Shown: positions 16,357 through 26,491, counted from the first letter of the stretch. The stretch is 32,000 nucleotides of DNA from Pyrodictium abyssi (GCF_036323395.1 NZ_AP028907.1:2100001-2132000); one strand, 5' to 3'. A program made the numbers and translations. Notes: generated from the letters alone by a model not told the origin.

Positions 16357-16964
16357 AGGGGCTCCCCAGACGGGTAGAGGATGTCAAGGGTACTTTAAAC
16401 CATGTTAAAATACAAGGCAAAGCTGTATCGGCATAGATATTAGTTCTATTTCGGATAGTAATGTCTGTTATCCCGCGGCCCTAGCACCGGGTCTGCAAGC
16501 TAGCCCTCAGTTGGAGTCTCTAGGCAACAACATAGACTGGCGGGATTAGAACCAACGCTAGATGCACGGCACGGGGTACTACAAGGCTTAGCTACTCCAG
16601 AAGGTCGGCAATCAGCCCCGAGGCTATGTTTGCATCCCCTACAGATAGAGGACATAGAAAAGCTGCCAAGGAACTCCCTTGATGTTGGCTCGAGTAACTG
16701 CTCCCTACGGCTTATGTAAAACCAGGCGTCGTCGGGACAGGGGTGCAAAGGTAGACACCAGCAGATAAGCTGTAGCCAGCGGCGAGAAATGCTATACCAG
16801 CCAGTACATCTGCGAAGAGCATGGTCATGGAGTCTCCTAGGCCCCGGCGTAAGTAGCAGCTATAGTCGCGAGGCTCATAGATGCCTTGGTCAAGGCCACG
16901 TGCAGCAATGTGCCACTATATTCTCTACAGCAATGGGGGTAGGGCTAGACTTGGAGCTAAGACT

Positions 16965-17790
16965 TCAACCGTGATGGATAACATATTCGGGACCGTCTAG
17001 AGGAATGGCCTCCCATCCTTCATAATCCTTCCAGCGGGTCTTTGCAGCGGCAGTCTGTTCGAGTTTCTGTGGTCTCCATTTCCAGTCTGGAGAATTGCCG
17101 GCTGCTTCAGTGCATACGCTACGTAGAGGATGAATAGAGTGTGCATAGTCATGAGATGACAGGAAGAAATCTAGCACAGTGTCAACGCCCGCAGCGCCTA
17201 GTATGAGTGCCCACCTACCAGGGGCAGGATGATACCGCAGCGGCTTCATGCAGCCTATGATGTTACGTTAGTGTCTCCTGATAGTCTCTTCACGAGAGAC
17301 ACGGCGTGCTCGAGGCAGAGTAGATGAGATAGATGTACCTCTGTGGCTTTCCCTACAAGGTTGTCAGCAATGATCATGGAAGGGGTGGGCTTCCCCATGC
17401 AAGGTCATAGAGGAGTAGAGGAGCAGTAGTCTCTTCTAGGATGTCGATCACAGCTATGTCTAGGCGGTGGTCTCGCAGCGTGAAGGCCTCCTAGGAGAAG
17501 CTGTAGAGGAGTATACACAGTACAGCTATCAGCTATGGATAACTATATCCATTCAGGACGCTTTATAGCCAATAGTGTGTAGATAGCAGAAGCGCAGCCT
17601 AGGTTACGAGATAGGTCAATGCATACACATGGTATATTACGTACCTTTGGGCAGACTTAGCTAGGTCCTTGAACTCATTGTGTCCCATGGTATCCTTTGC
17701 GGCTGATGTAGGGGACACTTTGCCGGGGTACATACTACACACTTAGCTATCGCTGTTTTCCGGATACCAGTCCTAGTGGCACAGACCCCT
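16965..17790 (-). pseudogene. decayed ABC-transporter ATPase gene(s) (DppD/DppF-like remnant)
   Basis: The operon position immediately downstream of the two permeases lacks any long ORF. Minus-strand fragments resemble the signature/Walker B/H-loop region: LPRARRVSREE..., then ORF 16965..17249 with HPAPGRWALILGAAGVDTV...FLSSHDYAHSIHPLRSV (compare LSGGQRQRV...LLILDEPTSALD...ISHDLxVVxxxADRV). Multiple stops are present. The similarity was judged by eye only. Confidence 0.45.
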
Positions 17791-17793
17791 GGT

Positions 17794-18564
17794 CTAAGGC
17801 CTAACGGCGCTTCTCCGTATAGCCCAGTAAAGGATGAGCGAGTAGAGGGTTACAACGAGGATTGAGGCCAGTGCCTGCACTAAGCCAGCCTCGGTCATTA
17901 GCGCCCCCGGTGTCTCAAGCAGGAAGCTGACAATCTTGCCCCAGCTAGGGACAGTAGGGTCTGAGAGCCCCAGCATGCTGAGCATGGCCTCAGCGTTTAC
18001 AGCCATAGATGCTGCTAACCCGAGATGGCCTATCGCTGCGTCGAGTGTGCCGGGGAGCACGTAGCGTAGCAGTATATGTATATTGTCAGCTCCTAGTGCA
18101 TAGGCGGCTTCCACATATGCTTGACCGAGCATTTGCTCTACACGAGTAGATAACATCCTAAGAACCTGTGGCGCTGCGAGCATAGCTATAAATGCACCTA
18201 CCAGCACGGGCCCTGGGCGCATGAAGAGAGCCAGCATCATCGCCAGCGCTACACGCGGTAGCGGCGCGGCAGCCCCAGCTACTATGGTTACGATACTGCG
18301 CCCCAGGGGGTAGAGGGTAAGAACCCCGCCTAGAGTAATTACAGTCAGCGAGACGGCGACAGCCGAGGCGGCAGCTATGGCACTGCCGTAGCCTCCTATA
18401 GCTAGTAGGCATAATGCGTCCCTACCCACGGGATCTGTGCCTAGGGGATGCTCAGCGCTAGGCGGTTCTAGTGGCTTGGCTATAGACGTGCATTCTACCC
18501 AGAAGGAGGGCAAGAGGGGTAGCACTAACAATAAGGCCGCATAAATGAACGTTCGCAGCGTCAT
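17794..18564 (-). CDS. ABC transporter permease (DppC/OppC-like)
   Basis: 256-aa polytopic ORF. It contains EAAYALGADNIHILLRYVLPG, which matches the EAA loop of binding-protein-dependent permeases. It overlaps the upstream permease gene by 4 nt. Confidence 0.9.
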   Translation of the reverse strand: MTLRTFIYAALLLVLPLLPSFWVECTSIAKPLEPPSAEHPLGTDPVGRDALCLLAIGGYGSAIAAASAVAVSLTVITLGGVLTLYPLGRSIVTIVAGAAAPLPRVALAMMLALFMRPGPVLVGAFIAMLAAPQVLRMLSTRVEQMLGQAYVEAAYALGADNIHILLRYVLPGTLDAAIGHLGLAASMAVNAEAMLSMLGLSDPTVPSWGKIVSFLLETPGALMTEAGLVQALASILVVTLYSLILYWAIRRSAVRP

Positions 18565-19481
18565 GTTAGGCTCCCCAGAGGCTGTCGTTCCATGACACGG
18601 GGGTCTAGGAGCCCCTCAAAGAGCCTTCCAAGCACATTAGAGACCACTCCTACAAACCCTATGACCGCAAAGGCAACGGTGGCTAAGGGTAAGTCTGCAT
18701 GAAGCACAGCTCTATACAGCATTAACCCTAGCCCAGGGTACCCGAGGAGAGGCTCAATAATGGCGGAGCGCTCAAAGACCATGGCCAGGTGTACTGCGGT
18801 ATATGCGGCCATGGGAGCAGCAGCTATCTTCATGATGTGTAGTCGTATTTGTGCCTCTCTGAAACCCATAGCTCGGAGCACCTCGACGTAGCCTTGGTGC
18901 TCGTAGAGAATAGTCTCGACAACTCCTTCAAGCATGTGGAGTATCCTGGGCCACGATACAACCAGCACCAACAGCGTATAGACTGTCATCTTGTCAAGGC
19001 AGGTGCACACCCGGGGTGGAGGCCAGCCAAAGTACCAGGAGGTGAGGCCAAAGACCACGGCATACACGAAGCTGGGCACGAAGGCGAGGAACCGGATATA
19101 TCCAGGCACGTGGAACCCATAGATAAGACTCCACGCGATAGCCAGCAGAACGGCGCCAGCCACGCCAAGGAGCACAGGAACAAGCGTATATGGTAACGCC
19201 TTTACAGCTAAGTCTGTAGCTGGTATACCATACTTTATACTAGGCGGAGCGTTGCCGCATAGCAGGAAGCAGAGAAAAGCAAAGTACCCAGTAACAAGCC
19301 CCTTGCCGAGCCCATAGAGGCTCTCCAGCTTCTCCTTTGCTACAGGATCTAGAGCAGCTTCGGCACCAAGTCCAGCAAATGGATCGCCAAGGCCAAGCCG
19401 GGCAATAGTATACGTGACGGCAGTTACCAGCAAGGTGCTAGTCACGAAAAACAATACGGCCATTCTCAGTATTCTAGGCAA
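18561..19481 (-). CDS. ABC transporter permease (DppB/OppB-like)
   Basis: 306-aa polytopic ORF with YVEVLRAMGFREAQIRLHIMK (EAA-loop region) and a C-terminal LLDPRV typical of DppB/OppB-type permeases. Confidence 0.9.
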   Translation of the reverse strand: MPRILRMAVLFFVTSTLLVTAVTYTIARLGLGDPFAGLGAEAALDPVAKEKLESLYGLGKGLVTGYFAFLCFLLCGNAPPSIKYGIPATDLAVKALPYTLVPVLLGVAGAVLLAIAWSLIYGFHVPGYIRFLAFVPSFVYAVVFGLTSWYFGWPPPRVCTCLDKMTVYTLLVLVVSWPRILHMLEGVVETILYEHQGYVEVLRAMGFREAQIRLHIMKIAAAPMAAYTAVHLAMVFERSAIIEPLLGYPGLGLMLYRAVLHADLPLATVAFAVIGFVGVVSNVLGRLFEGLLDPRVMERQPLGSLT

Positions 19482-19677
19482 TTAACCCGACCCCCATAGA
19501 CGTCGTTAATGCGCTATGCGGGGCAGAGGCAAACGCATCGCACCCTTGAAGTCTAGTTGGGTCTTGCAGCCTGCGTGGAGTCCAGCACCATTGAGCTTGG
19601 TGCGCTGGGTTACGGGCCAGGAACACTAGCAAAAGGGGGCTGGCTCTCCGAGTTGGCTCACAGAGAGGTCCTGGGTA

Positions 19678-21483
19678 CTAGTCCCGTCTCTCCAGCAATG
19701 CTAGCTTATTGTATGGCAAAGGTATGCCTCCATCTATGCCGCCGGCGGTGAAGAACCAGTCGGGTGAGCCAGGCCTACTCACTACGTATATGTACGGGTA
19801 GTAGAGCGCTATGCGCGGCAACTGTTCAGCTATAACCCTTTGTAGCTCGTTAGCCGCTCTGCGGGCCTCCTCAACGCTCTGAGCCGATAGCAGCTGGTCT
19901 ACAAGCCTCTTGTATGTCTCGTTCACCCAGGGTGTACCAAACCTTCCAGTAAAGTACCATGCGAACGCCGTGGGTGTATTACCTACAGCACCGTGGCCAT
20001 TAATCTGTAGATCGTACATCTCTCTAGACACTATAGCGTCAAGCTCGCTATATGAGGCGACAGCTTTTACGTCTACACAGAGGCCTACGCGTGCAAGCTG
20101 CTCCTTAACAATAGTGGCCTCTTGCACGTAGCTGCGGAGTGTCACAATCCTAAGCCTCAACGGTTTACCGTCCGGGGCCTCACGGTAGCCGTCACCGTTG
20201 CTATCTATTATGCCTAGTCTATCCAACAACTCCTTGGCCATGGCAGGGTCATACGGGTAGCGGGGTACGTTAGGGTTGTAGAACCAACTGTATGGAGGTA
20301 TATAGCCGGGGCTCCCGGGCAGGGCTGCATCAAGGCTCCCCACGGCCTTCATAACGAGCTCTGTTAGGTTAAGCGCGTAGGCCACAGCGCGGCGGAAGAC
20401 TGTGGAGTTTGTGGGCCAGCGTTTGTGGTTGAAGTCGAGGTAGAGAACCCAGTACATGGGCCCCTTCTCAACCTTTAGCCCCTTTACCCTACCTTGTAAC
20501 TGCTTTACCAGTCGCCACGCCTTACCCACGAATACTGCTGTATCGGCTTCACCGCTTAACAGTGCCTCAGCTGCTCTTTGGGGGCTGAAAAGCCCCGAAG
20601 CCAGGATGACTATCTCATCGTAGGCCGGCCTACCAGCCCAATAGTCTTGGAATGCGTCTAACACGTAGGCCTTTTCGGGCTGGTAGCTCTTGAGCTTATA
20701 GGGTCCAGAGCCTATGAGAGCGTCGGCTCCCTTGTAGCTGTAGGGGTCTGCTACCCTTGACCACACGTGTCTAGGCAGTATGAATATTGTTGATGCGTAG
20801 TCTTCTAAGAAGAATATATAGGGCTTCTTAAGCCTTATTATAACAGTGTAATTGTCTGGCGCTTCAACGTCTTCTATAAGGTCTGGGTTTATGTTCTTCC
20901 AGTGCCAGCCATGCTTGAGCATATACTTTATAGTGAACACTACATCATCTGCTGTTAACTCTGCACCGTCATGCCAGTAAGTGCCTCGGCGTAGATGGAA
21001 TATCCATGTCGTGCCGTTCTCCTTCGCCTCCCAGCCCTCGGCGAGCCATGGAATTGTAGCGTTTTCATTCTTCCAGACCAGTGTGTCAAAGAGAAAACTC
21101 GTTATCACGTAGCCAGGGCCTCGTGGATAAAAGCTGTAAGGCGATGGTTGCCCCCAGTCACCGAGTGCTATCACAAGCCTTCTCCTCTCCTTGCCTGCAC
21201 TGAGGACCGGAACGCTACTAGACTGAAGAGTCTTGTCCGTGGTCTGTACAGTAGGAGGGATAGTATCGTGCAGCCCAGCGTCCGGGGCCTTGCCATAGCT
21301 ACTATTTTGTGTATAGAATATAGTGATGGCGGTGATGATTGTGATTATTAATATAGCACCCATGCTCATGAGGGCGAGGCTACGCCTCACCCTATGTGCA
21401 CCCAGTATTTTGGAAAGGTGTACAAAGAGGGTATTTAAGTACTGTGCGAAAGCATCTGACAGTTTTACCGACAACAACGGCAC
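19678..21483 (-). CDS. ABC transporter substrate-binding protein, oligopeptide/dipeptide family (family 5)
   Basis: 601-aa ORF with an N-terminal membrane anchor (MSMGAILIITIITAITIFY), a Ser/Thr-rich linker, then segments such as FDTLVWKNE, WHDGAELTADDVVFT and GSGPYKL typical of family-5 solute-binding proteins. The true start may be near 21369. Confidence 0.9.
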   Translation of the reverse strand: MPLLSVKLSDAFAQYLNTLFVHLSKILGAHRVRRSLALMSMGAILIITIITAITIFYTQNSSYGKAPDAGLHDTIPPTVQTTDKTLQSSSVPVLSAGKERRRLVIALGDWGQPSPYSFYPRGPGYVITSFLFDTLVWKNENATIPWLAEGWEAKENGTTWIFHLRRGTYWHDGAELTADDVVFTIKYMLKHGWHWKNINPDLIEDVEAPDNYTVIIRLKKPYIFFLEDYASTIFILPRHVWSRVADPYSYKGADALIGSGPYKLKSYQPEKAYVLDAFQDYWAGRPAYDEIVILASGLFSPQRAAEALLSGEADTAVFVGKAWRLVKQLQGRVKGLKVEKGPMYWVLYLDFNHKRWPTNSTVFRRAVAYALNLTELVMKAVGSLDAALPGSPGYIPPYSWFYNPNVPRYPYDPAMAKELLDRLGIIDSNGDGYREAPDGKPLRLRIVTLRSYVQEATIVKEQLARVGLCVDVKAVASYSELDAIVSREMYDLQINGHGAVGNTPTAFAWYFTGRFGTPWVNETYKRLVDQLLSAQSVEEARRAANELQRVIAEQLPRIALYYPYIYVVSRPGSPDWFFTAGGIDGGIPLPYNKLALLERRD

Positions 21484-21525
21484 ATGTCATATACATACTA
21501 TTAATTCCGAATATCTTTAAAATTT

Positions 21526-21542
21526 GTATGAATTATTCATAC
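21526..21542. promoter_or_regulatory. 17-bp perfect palindrome GTATGAATTATTCATAC in an AT-rich divergent intergenic region
   Basis: It lies between the binding-protein gene (minus) and the TehA-like gene (plus). The surrounding 21484-21637 region is strongly AT-rich with several TATA-like runs (CTTTAAAATTT, TATATTAAG). Confidence 0.4.
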
Positions 21543-21637
21543 TATTTGTACTATATTAAGATATGTGTAACTACGTGTTATTGTATGCTGCGCCGCTGTG
21601 TTAATCCAGGCCCTCGTTAACGCCCGGAAAAGTTCGG

Positions 21638-22828
21638 GTGCAACATGGGATATTGCATACGGTGGGACACATGGCCGGTCTAGGGGAGCGCATAAGAGGT
21701 ATGAGTGTAGCATGGTTTTCCTTCAACCTGGCTACGTCCGCTATAGTCCTGGCTAGCCACGCGCTCGGCAGCGCAGCTGGGATAGACGCGCTGCACAGCC
21801 TGGCGCGCGCACTGGCCTACATAAACACGGCGATATACTTCATCATAGCGGCGGCTTTCCTGGCCAAGACTGTTATAGCTGGGAGGGAGGTCTTGCTCGC
21901 GCTACGACACCCGGTAAAGGGCCCGTTCATGACAGCGATAAGCATCTCTACGATGCTACTAGCGCTCGACTGGGGCGCGGTCCTAGGCAACCCGGGGGTC
22001 GGTGCCGCGTTCTTCTACGCTGGCATGGTGCTTCACACGCTGCTCTTCATAGTGATTATCTACAACTTCCTCATGCACGAGGGCATAGAGATACACAGCA
22101 TGAACCCAGGCTGGTACATGCCAGCAGTAGGCAACGTGCTGGTACCATACGTCGGTGGGCTCCTAGAAGCCAAGGGGGTAGCGATACCGCATAGCCTGCT
22201 AGGAGTCTACCTGGGCACCGGCGTCGTGTTCTGGCTAGCACTGTTCACCATCTGGCTCTATAGGAGCGTATTCCACAACCCACCGCCAGCAAGGCTGCTA
22301 GCAGCCACATGGATCAACCTAGCGCCGCCAGCAGTAGCCCCGATGTCCTACGAGGCGCTGCTAGGCCTCATGCCGCACCAGTACCACGAAGCTCTAGGCA
22401 GGCTAACACACGAGGCACCAACCGTAGCTGGCTACCTCGGGGCGTTCTTTGACATGTTCTACTACACGTTCTGGGGGCTCGCCGGGCTCCTCCTACCCCT
22501 CATACTAGCGGTGACGGTAACTTACCTACGGCGCGGCATGATGGAGTTCGCGGAGAGCTGGTGGGCTTTTGTCTTCCCGATAGCGGCGTACAGCATATCG
22601 ACGATACACCTCTACCTCCACCACACCGGGGAGAGCTGGCTGCTCTATTACGCTGGCTTCCTCTACGCGCTGACATGGCTATTCTACAGCGTGACTACCG
22701 TGCTAAGCGTCTACTACGGCTACAGGGAGTGGTTCGGCCACACGCCGAGGGAAAAGATGCCTACGCTTGCTAAGCCGCTCTACGAGGACGTGGTATCCGA
22801 GGAGCACGGCGGCGAGGATAAACGGTAG
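21638..22828 (+). CDS. TehA/SLAC1/Mae1-like (TDT family) anion or dicarboxylate channel/transporter
   Basis: 396-aa ORF with about 10 TM helices. The N-terminal MSVAWFSFNLATSAIVLAS resembles the family start. The likely real start is the ATG at 21671 or the next Met. The family call is from overall topology and motifs by eye. Confidence 0.6.
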   Translation: MQHGILHTVGHMAGLGERIRGMSVAWFSFNLATSAIVLASHALGSAAGIDALHSLARALAYINTAIYFIIAAAFLAKTVIAGREVLLALRHPVKGPFMTAISISTMLLALDWGAVLGNPGVGAAFFYAGMVLHTLLFIVIIYNFLMHEGIEIHSMNPGWYMPAVGNVLVPYVGGLLEAKGVAIPHSLLGVYLGTGVVFWLALFTIWLYRSVFHNPPPARLLAATWINLAPPAVAPMSYEALLGLMPHQYHEALGRLTHEAPTVAGYLGAFFDMFYYTFWGLAGLLLPLILAVTVTYLRRGMMEFAESWWAFVFPIAAYSISTIHLYLHHTGESWLLYYAGFLYALTWLFYSVTTVLSVYYGYREWFGHTPREKMPTLAKPLYEDVVSEEHGGEDKR

Positions 22829-22915
22829 GGGGCCCTGTAAGGAAGCGCTATTTTTGCCCACCTAGAGCCCGCCTTCCAGGAGCAGCCTCCATGTCAATGA
22901 CACCGGGGCACAGCC

Positions 22916-24079
22916 ATGGAGCCTCTGAGATGGTACGATAGGGGCCTGCTAGAGGAGCTAGAACGCGTCTACGGCCCCCGGGGGCTGCCCGCCCTCCTAG
23001 AGTCGCTCATGATGCCCCCGGCTCGCTACTACTTCCGCGTCAACAGGCTCCGTGTCGACCCGGGCGAGCTCCTGGACGAGATGCGGGAGGAGGGCCTAAG
23101 GGTCTACATGGACGAGCTGCTCGAGGAGGCCCTCTGGCTCCCCGTGGAGGGGCCCCGGAGGCTCCGCGACCCCGGCTGCCGGGTCGTGGTGGACAAGCGG
23201 ACGGCCGAGAGCGTCATGATGGGGGCCCACGTCTACGCGCCTGGCGTGGTCCGGGTCGAGGACTGCGTGGCCCCGGGCAGGGAGGTGCTAGTAGTCTCGG
23301 AGAACGGCGTCCCTGTAGCGGTCGGCGTGGCTGCGCCGTTGTTCCGGGATGCGCTGCGCGCCCGCCGGGGCCTCGTGGTGGAGGTCGTGGAGCCCCTCTA
23401 CCGGGTGCCGAGCCTACGCGAGACCAGGTGGAGCCGCCAGGGGATGATCTACGAGCAGGGCCTATCCTCTATGCACGTGGCCCACGTGCTGGCCCCGGAG
23501 CCCGGCTCCGTGGTAGTAGACATGTGCGCGGCGCCGGGCGGGAAGACCAGCCACGTCTACGAGCTCGTCGGGGGCCGGGCCCGCGTGATAGCGGTAGACC
23601 ACTCAAGGAGGAAGACGGAGCGGCTCCGCGCGGAGCTGGAGAGGCTCGGCCACCGCGGCGTAGAGGTGCTGCAGGCCGACTCTAGGTACCTCGACCGGAG
23701 GCTCGGCGAGGGCGTAGTAGACTACGTGGTCCTCGACCCGCCGTGCAGCAGCCTCGGAGTCATACCGAAGATACGGGACCGCAAGACGCTGAGAGACGTG
23801 GAGATAAACGCCAGGTACCAGCGCCAGTTCCTCCGCGCAGCCTACCGGCTCCTCCGCCCGGGCGGAGTCCTAGCCTACTCCACCTGCACCATGACCCTGA
23901 GGGAGAACGAGGAGAACATACGCTACGCGGTAGAGAAGCTAGGCTTCCGCCTAGAAGAGGCATGGCCCCGCCGCTTCAGCCGCGGCCTAGGAGACTACGG
24001 CGCCCCGGCCATCAGGGTACACCCCAGCGTACACCGCGCCACAGGCTACTTCATAGCAAGGCTCCGCAAGCCGCCATAG
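22916..24079 (+). CDS. PUA-domain RNA (cytosine-C5) methyltransferase, NOL1/NOP2/Sun family
   Basis: Carries the SAM motif DMCAAPGGKTSH, the catalytic motifs DPPCSSLG and YSTCT, and a PUA-like segment VVVDKRTAESVMMGAHVYAPGVV upstream. Confidence 0.9.
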   Translation: MEPLRWYDRGLLEELERVYGPRGLPALLESLMMPPARYYFRVNRLRVDPGELLDEMREEGLRVYMDELLEEALWLPVEGPRRLRDPGCRVVVDKRTAESVMMGAHVYAPGVVRVEDCVAPGREVLVVSENGVPVAVGVAAPLFRDALRARRGLVVEVVEPLYRVPSLRETRWSRQGMIYEQGLSSMHVAHVLAPEPGSVVVDMCAAPGGKTSHVYELVGGRARVIAVDHSRRKTERLRAELERLGHRGVEVLQADSRYLDRRLGEGVVDYVVLDPPCSSLGVIPKIRDRKTLRDVEINARYQRQFLRAAYRLLRPGGVLAYSTCTMTLRENEENIRYAVEKLGFRLEEAWPRRFSRGLGDYGAPAIRVHPSVHRATGYFIARLRKPP

Positions 24080-24089
24080 CCGGGGCACC

Positions 24090-24374
24090 CTACTCCTCCC
24101 CGCCGGCGAGCAGCCGGGCAAGCCTCTCAGCCAAGCCCCCGGCATGGACAAGCGTCTTAGACACGCAGCGCGCCCACTTAGCCTCCTCTCGGAGGCCCTT
24201 GCACGGCTTCACCTCGATGCAGGCCCGCCGGGCCCCGAGCCCCTCCACCTCGGCCTCGACGCAGAGCAGCCCCTGCTCCGGCTCGAAGCTGTAGCTTCGG
24301 ACCTCGACGCCACGCTCCAGCACGTCGCCCAGCAGATAGGAGAGCTCAAAACCCAGGTCCGCGACCAAGAACAT
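24090..24374 (-). CDS. hypothetical small protein
   Basis: The internal ATG at 24374 of ORF 24090..24569 gives a 94-aa product (MFLVADLGFELSYLLGDVLERGVEV...). The N-terminal 65 codons of the track ORF are Arg/Pro/Ser-rich and overlap the MFS gene start on the other strand. Confidence 0.5.
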   Translation of the reverse strand: MFLVADLGFELSYLLGDVLERGVEVRSYSFEPEQGLLCVEAEVEGLGARRACIEVKPCKGLREEAKWARCVSKTLVHAGGLAERLARLLAGGEE

Positions 24375-24501
24375 ACACCCCGGGCGGCAGGCCCGCCTAG
24401 CCGCTAAGGGCCCGGCTCCCCGGTTAAGGCCTAGCGCAGCCCCTCTGCAGGATAGACTAGAGCGCCGGAACGCCCGGCTCGGCGGCGAGGGCCGGGAGGC
24501 T

Positions 24502-25638
24502 ATGCTCCTGCGCCGTGGCGGTCCTCTCACGGTGTTCCTCCTAGGCGCTGCCCTGGCTAGGCTGTCCATGCACCTAGCGGGCCCCTACTTCGCCGTCTAC
24601 CTTGTGGAGAACGGCCTCAGCGTAGCTCTCGTCGCCCTCTGCTTCAGCGTGAACAACGTCTCCACGTTTGCCGCGGAGTACCCGAGCGGCATCCTAGCCG
24701 ACCGGGCTGGCAGGCTCCGGGCAGCAGCGATGGGCATGCTTCTCTACGGAGCCGGTATCCTGCTGCTACTAGAGCCCAGCGCCCCCACGGCCCTCGCTTC
24801 CGCGGCTCTAACGGGCCTAGGCACGACGTTCACGTCGGGCTCGCTAGAAGCGTGGCTCGCTGACACGTACAGCGGTGCTCCCCTGAGGAGAGCCCTATCC
24901 CTGGAGAGGAGCCTAGGCTCAGCCACGGGCGCCGTGGCCGGGCTCCTAGCCTCAGCCCTAACGGCGGCAGGCACCCGGGCGCCCTTCGCAGCCTCCGCAG
25001 CCGCGGCCATGCTATCCGCGGCGCTACTGCTCGTGCCCCCGGACAACCGGGGCAGCAGCGGCAGCGGGCAGATACTCCGCCAGTCCATCAGCGTGCTGAA
25101 GGACCCCAGGTTCCTGCTACTAGCAGTCCACTACTCGCTAGTGTGGAGCGCGATACTCGCATTCTTCATCGCGTGGCCGCTGACACTAGTGGACCGAGGC
25201 CTCGACAAGGGCCTCCTCGGAGTGGTCTACACAGCCCTACTCGCGGCGATGGCTGCTGGCTCGGCGGTAGCCCAGAGGCTCCTACGCCGCCTCGACGCCC
25301 TAGGCTACCTGGCGGTGTTCAGTGCAGCAGCACTTCTCGTGTACACGTGCGTCGGGCTCACCCACGGCCTGGCGGTCACCCTCGCGCTCTTCCTCCTACT
25401 AGAGCTCATGCTAGGGGCCTACACGGTCTCGCTAGCCTACGCAAGGAACCTGGTAGTCCCCTCGGCCGTGAGAGCGTCAGCGGTATCGCTGATGAACCTT
25501 GTCGGCTCTCTGGTAGCCGCTATAGCGGCCCCGCTGATAGTTCGGCCGGACGCGATGCGAACTTACTTGACGGCGGCTGTCCTACTAGCAGCAGCCCTAG
25601 TACCAGCCCTCATGGCACGGCGGCTAGCGGAGTCGTAG
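24502..25638 (+). CDS. MFS transporter
   Basis: 378-aa ORF with about 12 TM helices and the MFS loop motif GILADRAGRLR between TM2 and TM3. Confidence 0.85.
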   Translation: MLLRRGGPLTVFLLGAALARLSMHLAGPYFAVYLVENGLSVALVALCFSVNNVSTFAAEYPSGILADRAGRLRAAAMGMLLYGAGILLLLEPSAPTALASAALTGLGTTFTSGSLEAWLADTYSGAPLRRALSLERSLGSATGAVAGLLASALTAAGTRAPFAASAAAAMLSAALLLVPPDNRGSSGSGQILRQSISVLKDPRFLLLAVHYSLVWSAILAFFIAWPLTLVDRGLDKGLLGVVYTALLAAMAAGSAVAQRLLRRLDALGYLAVFSAAALLVYTCVGLTHGLAVTLALFLLLELMLGAYTVSLAYARNLVVPSAVRASAVSLMNLVGSLVAAIAAPLIVRPDAMRTYLTAAVLLAAALVPALMARRLAES

Positions 25639-25765
25639 ACGGGGCTTCGCTGCATTACATCCTGGACGCCGGATCATAGGTTTCCCTGGCCGAGAGATGC
25701 ACTTGTTGTCCGGTATCCTTTGGCTTTATCGCCTAGGTCTTGTAACCCCGGTATACGAGGTGTCT

Positions 25766-25984
25766 ATGGTGGTTGTGTGTGAGGGTTAGACGGAAGTCAA
25801 GGAGGAGCTTGAACGCGCTGGGGTCGAGGTGGGCGAGGCTGTCCCGGGGTACCTAGAGGCGCTCGCAGCCCGCGAGAGGAGGAAGAGAATGCTCATGGAG
25901 CGGAGAAGGATACTCGAGAACACAGCTCTCAGCGAGCCGGGCTTCGCCGCCGAGAGCGTAAGAAAGGACCGTGAAGGCCGATGA
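25766..25984 (+). pseudogene. ribbon-helix-helix-type VapB-like antitoxin remnant with a disrupted N-terminus and no cognate toxin
   Basis: Manual translation gives MVVVCEG-TAG(25787)-TEVKEELERAGVEVGEAVPGYLEALAARERRKRMLMERRRILENTALSEPGFAAESVRKDREGR. An adjacent frame reads (L)CVRVRRK, so a 1-nt deletion after codon CGG would restore the usual VRVRRxVKEEL start. The expected overlapping PIN gene reads MIAAVGGVS... and terminates after 22 codons. Confidence 0.5.
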
Positions 25985-26079
25985 TTGCTGCTGTTGGCGG
26001 GGTTTCCTGCCGGGCCCTGGCTGCTGTGGCGTGCATGGAGGAGGTCTAGGGCTTCTGATCGTTCCTCTATCGTAGTTCC

Positions 26080-26467
26080 GCCTCCACCACTTCCGTACTA
26101 CGGTGTCTAGGTCGCCGTATTCTAGGCGGTTTATTAGCGCCAGCGCGGCGTGCACAGAGTCGAAGAATGTCAGCATCCTGTGTCTTCTCCGGAGGCTTAC
26201 TGCGAGTGATGCAGTCTCTGTTGTGGCTGGGACGTAGAGGGTTTTGTATGCATTCGGATTGCCCGGTCGATCTCCATGAATAGTAGCTCTAGCTTGTCCT
26301 CCCCTAGGCCCCGCGACCTAAGGTAGAGCGACAGCTCTACAGGGGAGGCGGACGAGATGTAGAGCTGGATAAGGCCCCTTCCTGCTCTCCTCGAGGAGCT
26401 GTAGAGCCCATTCATGGCCGGGATCTCTAGGGTTCAGCGCCATGAGGAACCCTGTCTCCACGGGCAC
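26080..26467 (-). pseudogene. vapC: VapC (PIN-domain) toxin gene, readable as frame 0 / +1 / 0
   Basis: Frame 0 from GTG 26467 reads VPVETGFLMALNPRDPGHEWALQLLEESRKG and then stops. The +1 frame (ORF 26197..26415) reads LIQLYISSASPVELSLYLRSRGLGEDKLELLFMEIDRAIRM. Frame 0 resumes with AYKTLYVPATTETASLAVSLRRRHRMLTFFDSVHAALALINRL (ORF 25853..26176). The 3' end is undefined. Confidence 0.55.
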
Positions 26468-26491
26468 CCTTCTAGCCGCGGCGTGCCACCG

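Noticed and set aside
17742-17777. Possible degenerate Walker A (TRTGIRKTAIAK) right after the permease stop
   Set aside because: The match to GxxGxGKS/T is poor and needs an indel. It also lies too close to the expected start of an ATPase gene. It was not used as primary evidence for the pseudogene call.
25787-25789. In-frame TAG in the RHH antitoxin remnant, considered as a recoded (pyrrolysine) codon
   Set aside because: There is no indication of a Pyl system, and the organism type is not the methanogen lineage that uses it. An adjacent frame restores the family-typical N-terminus, so a simple indel or nonsense lesion explains it.
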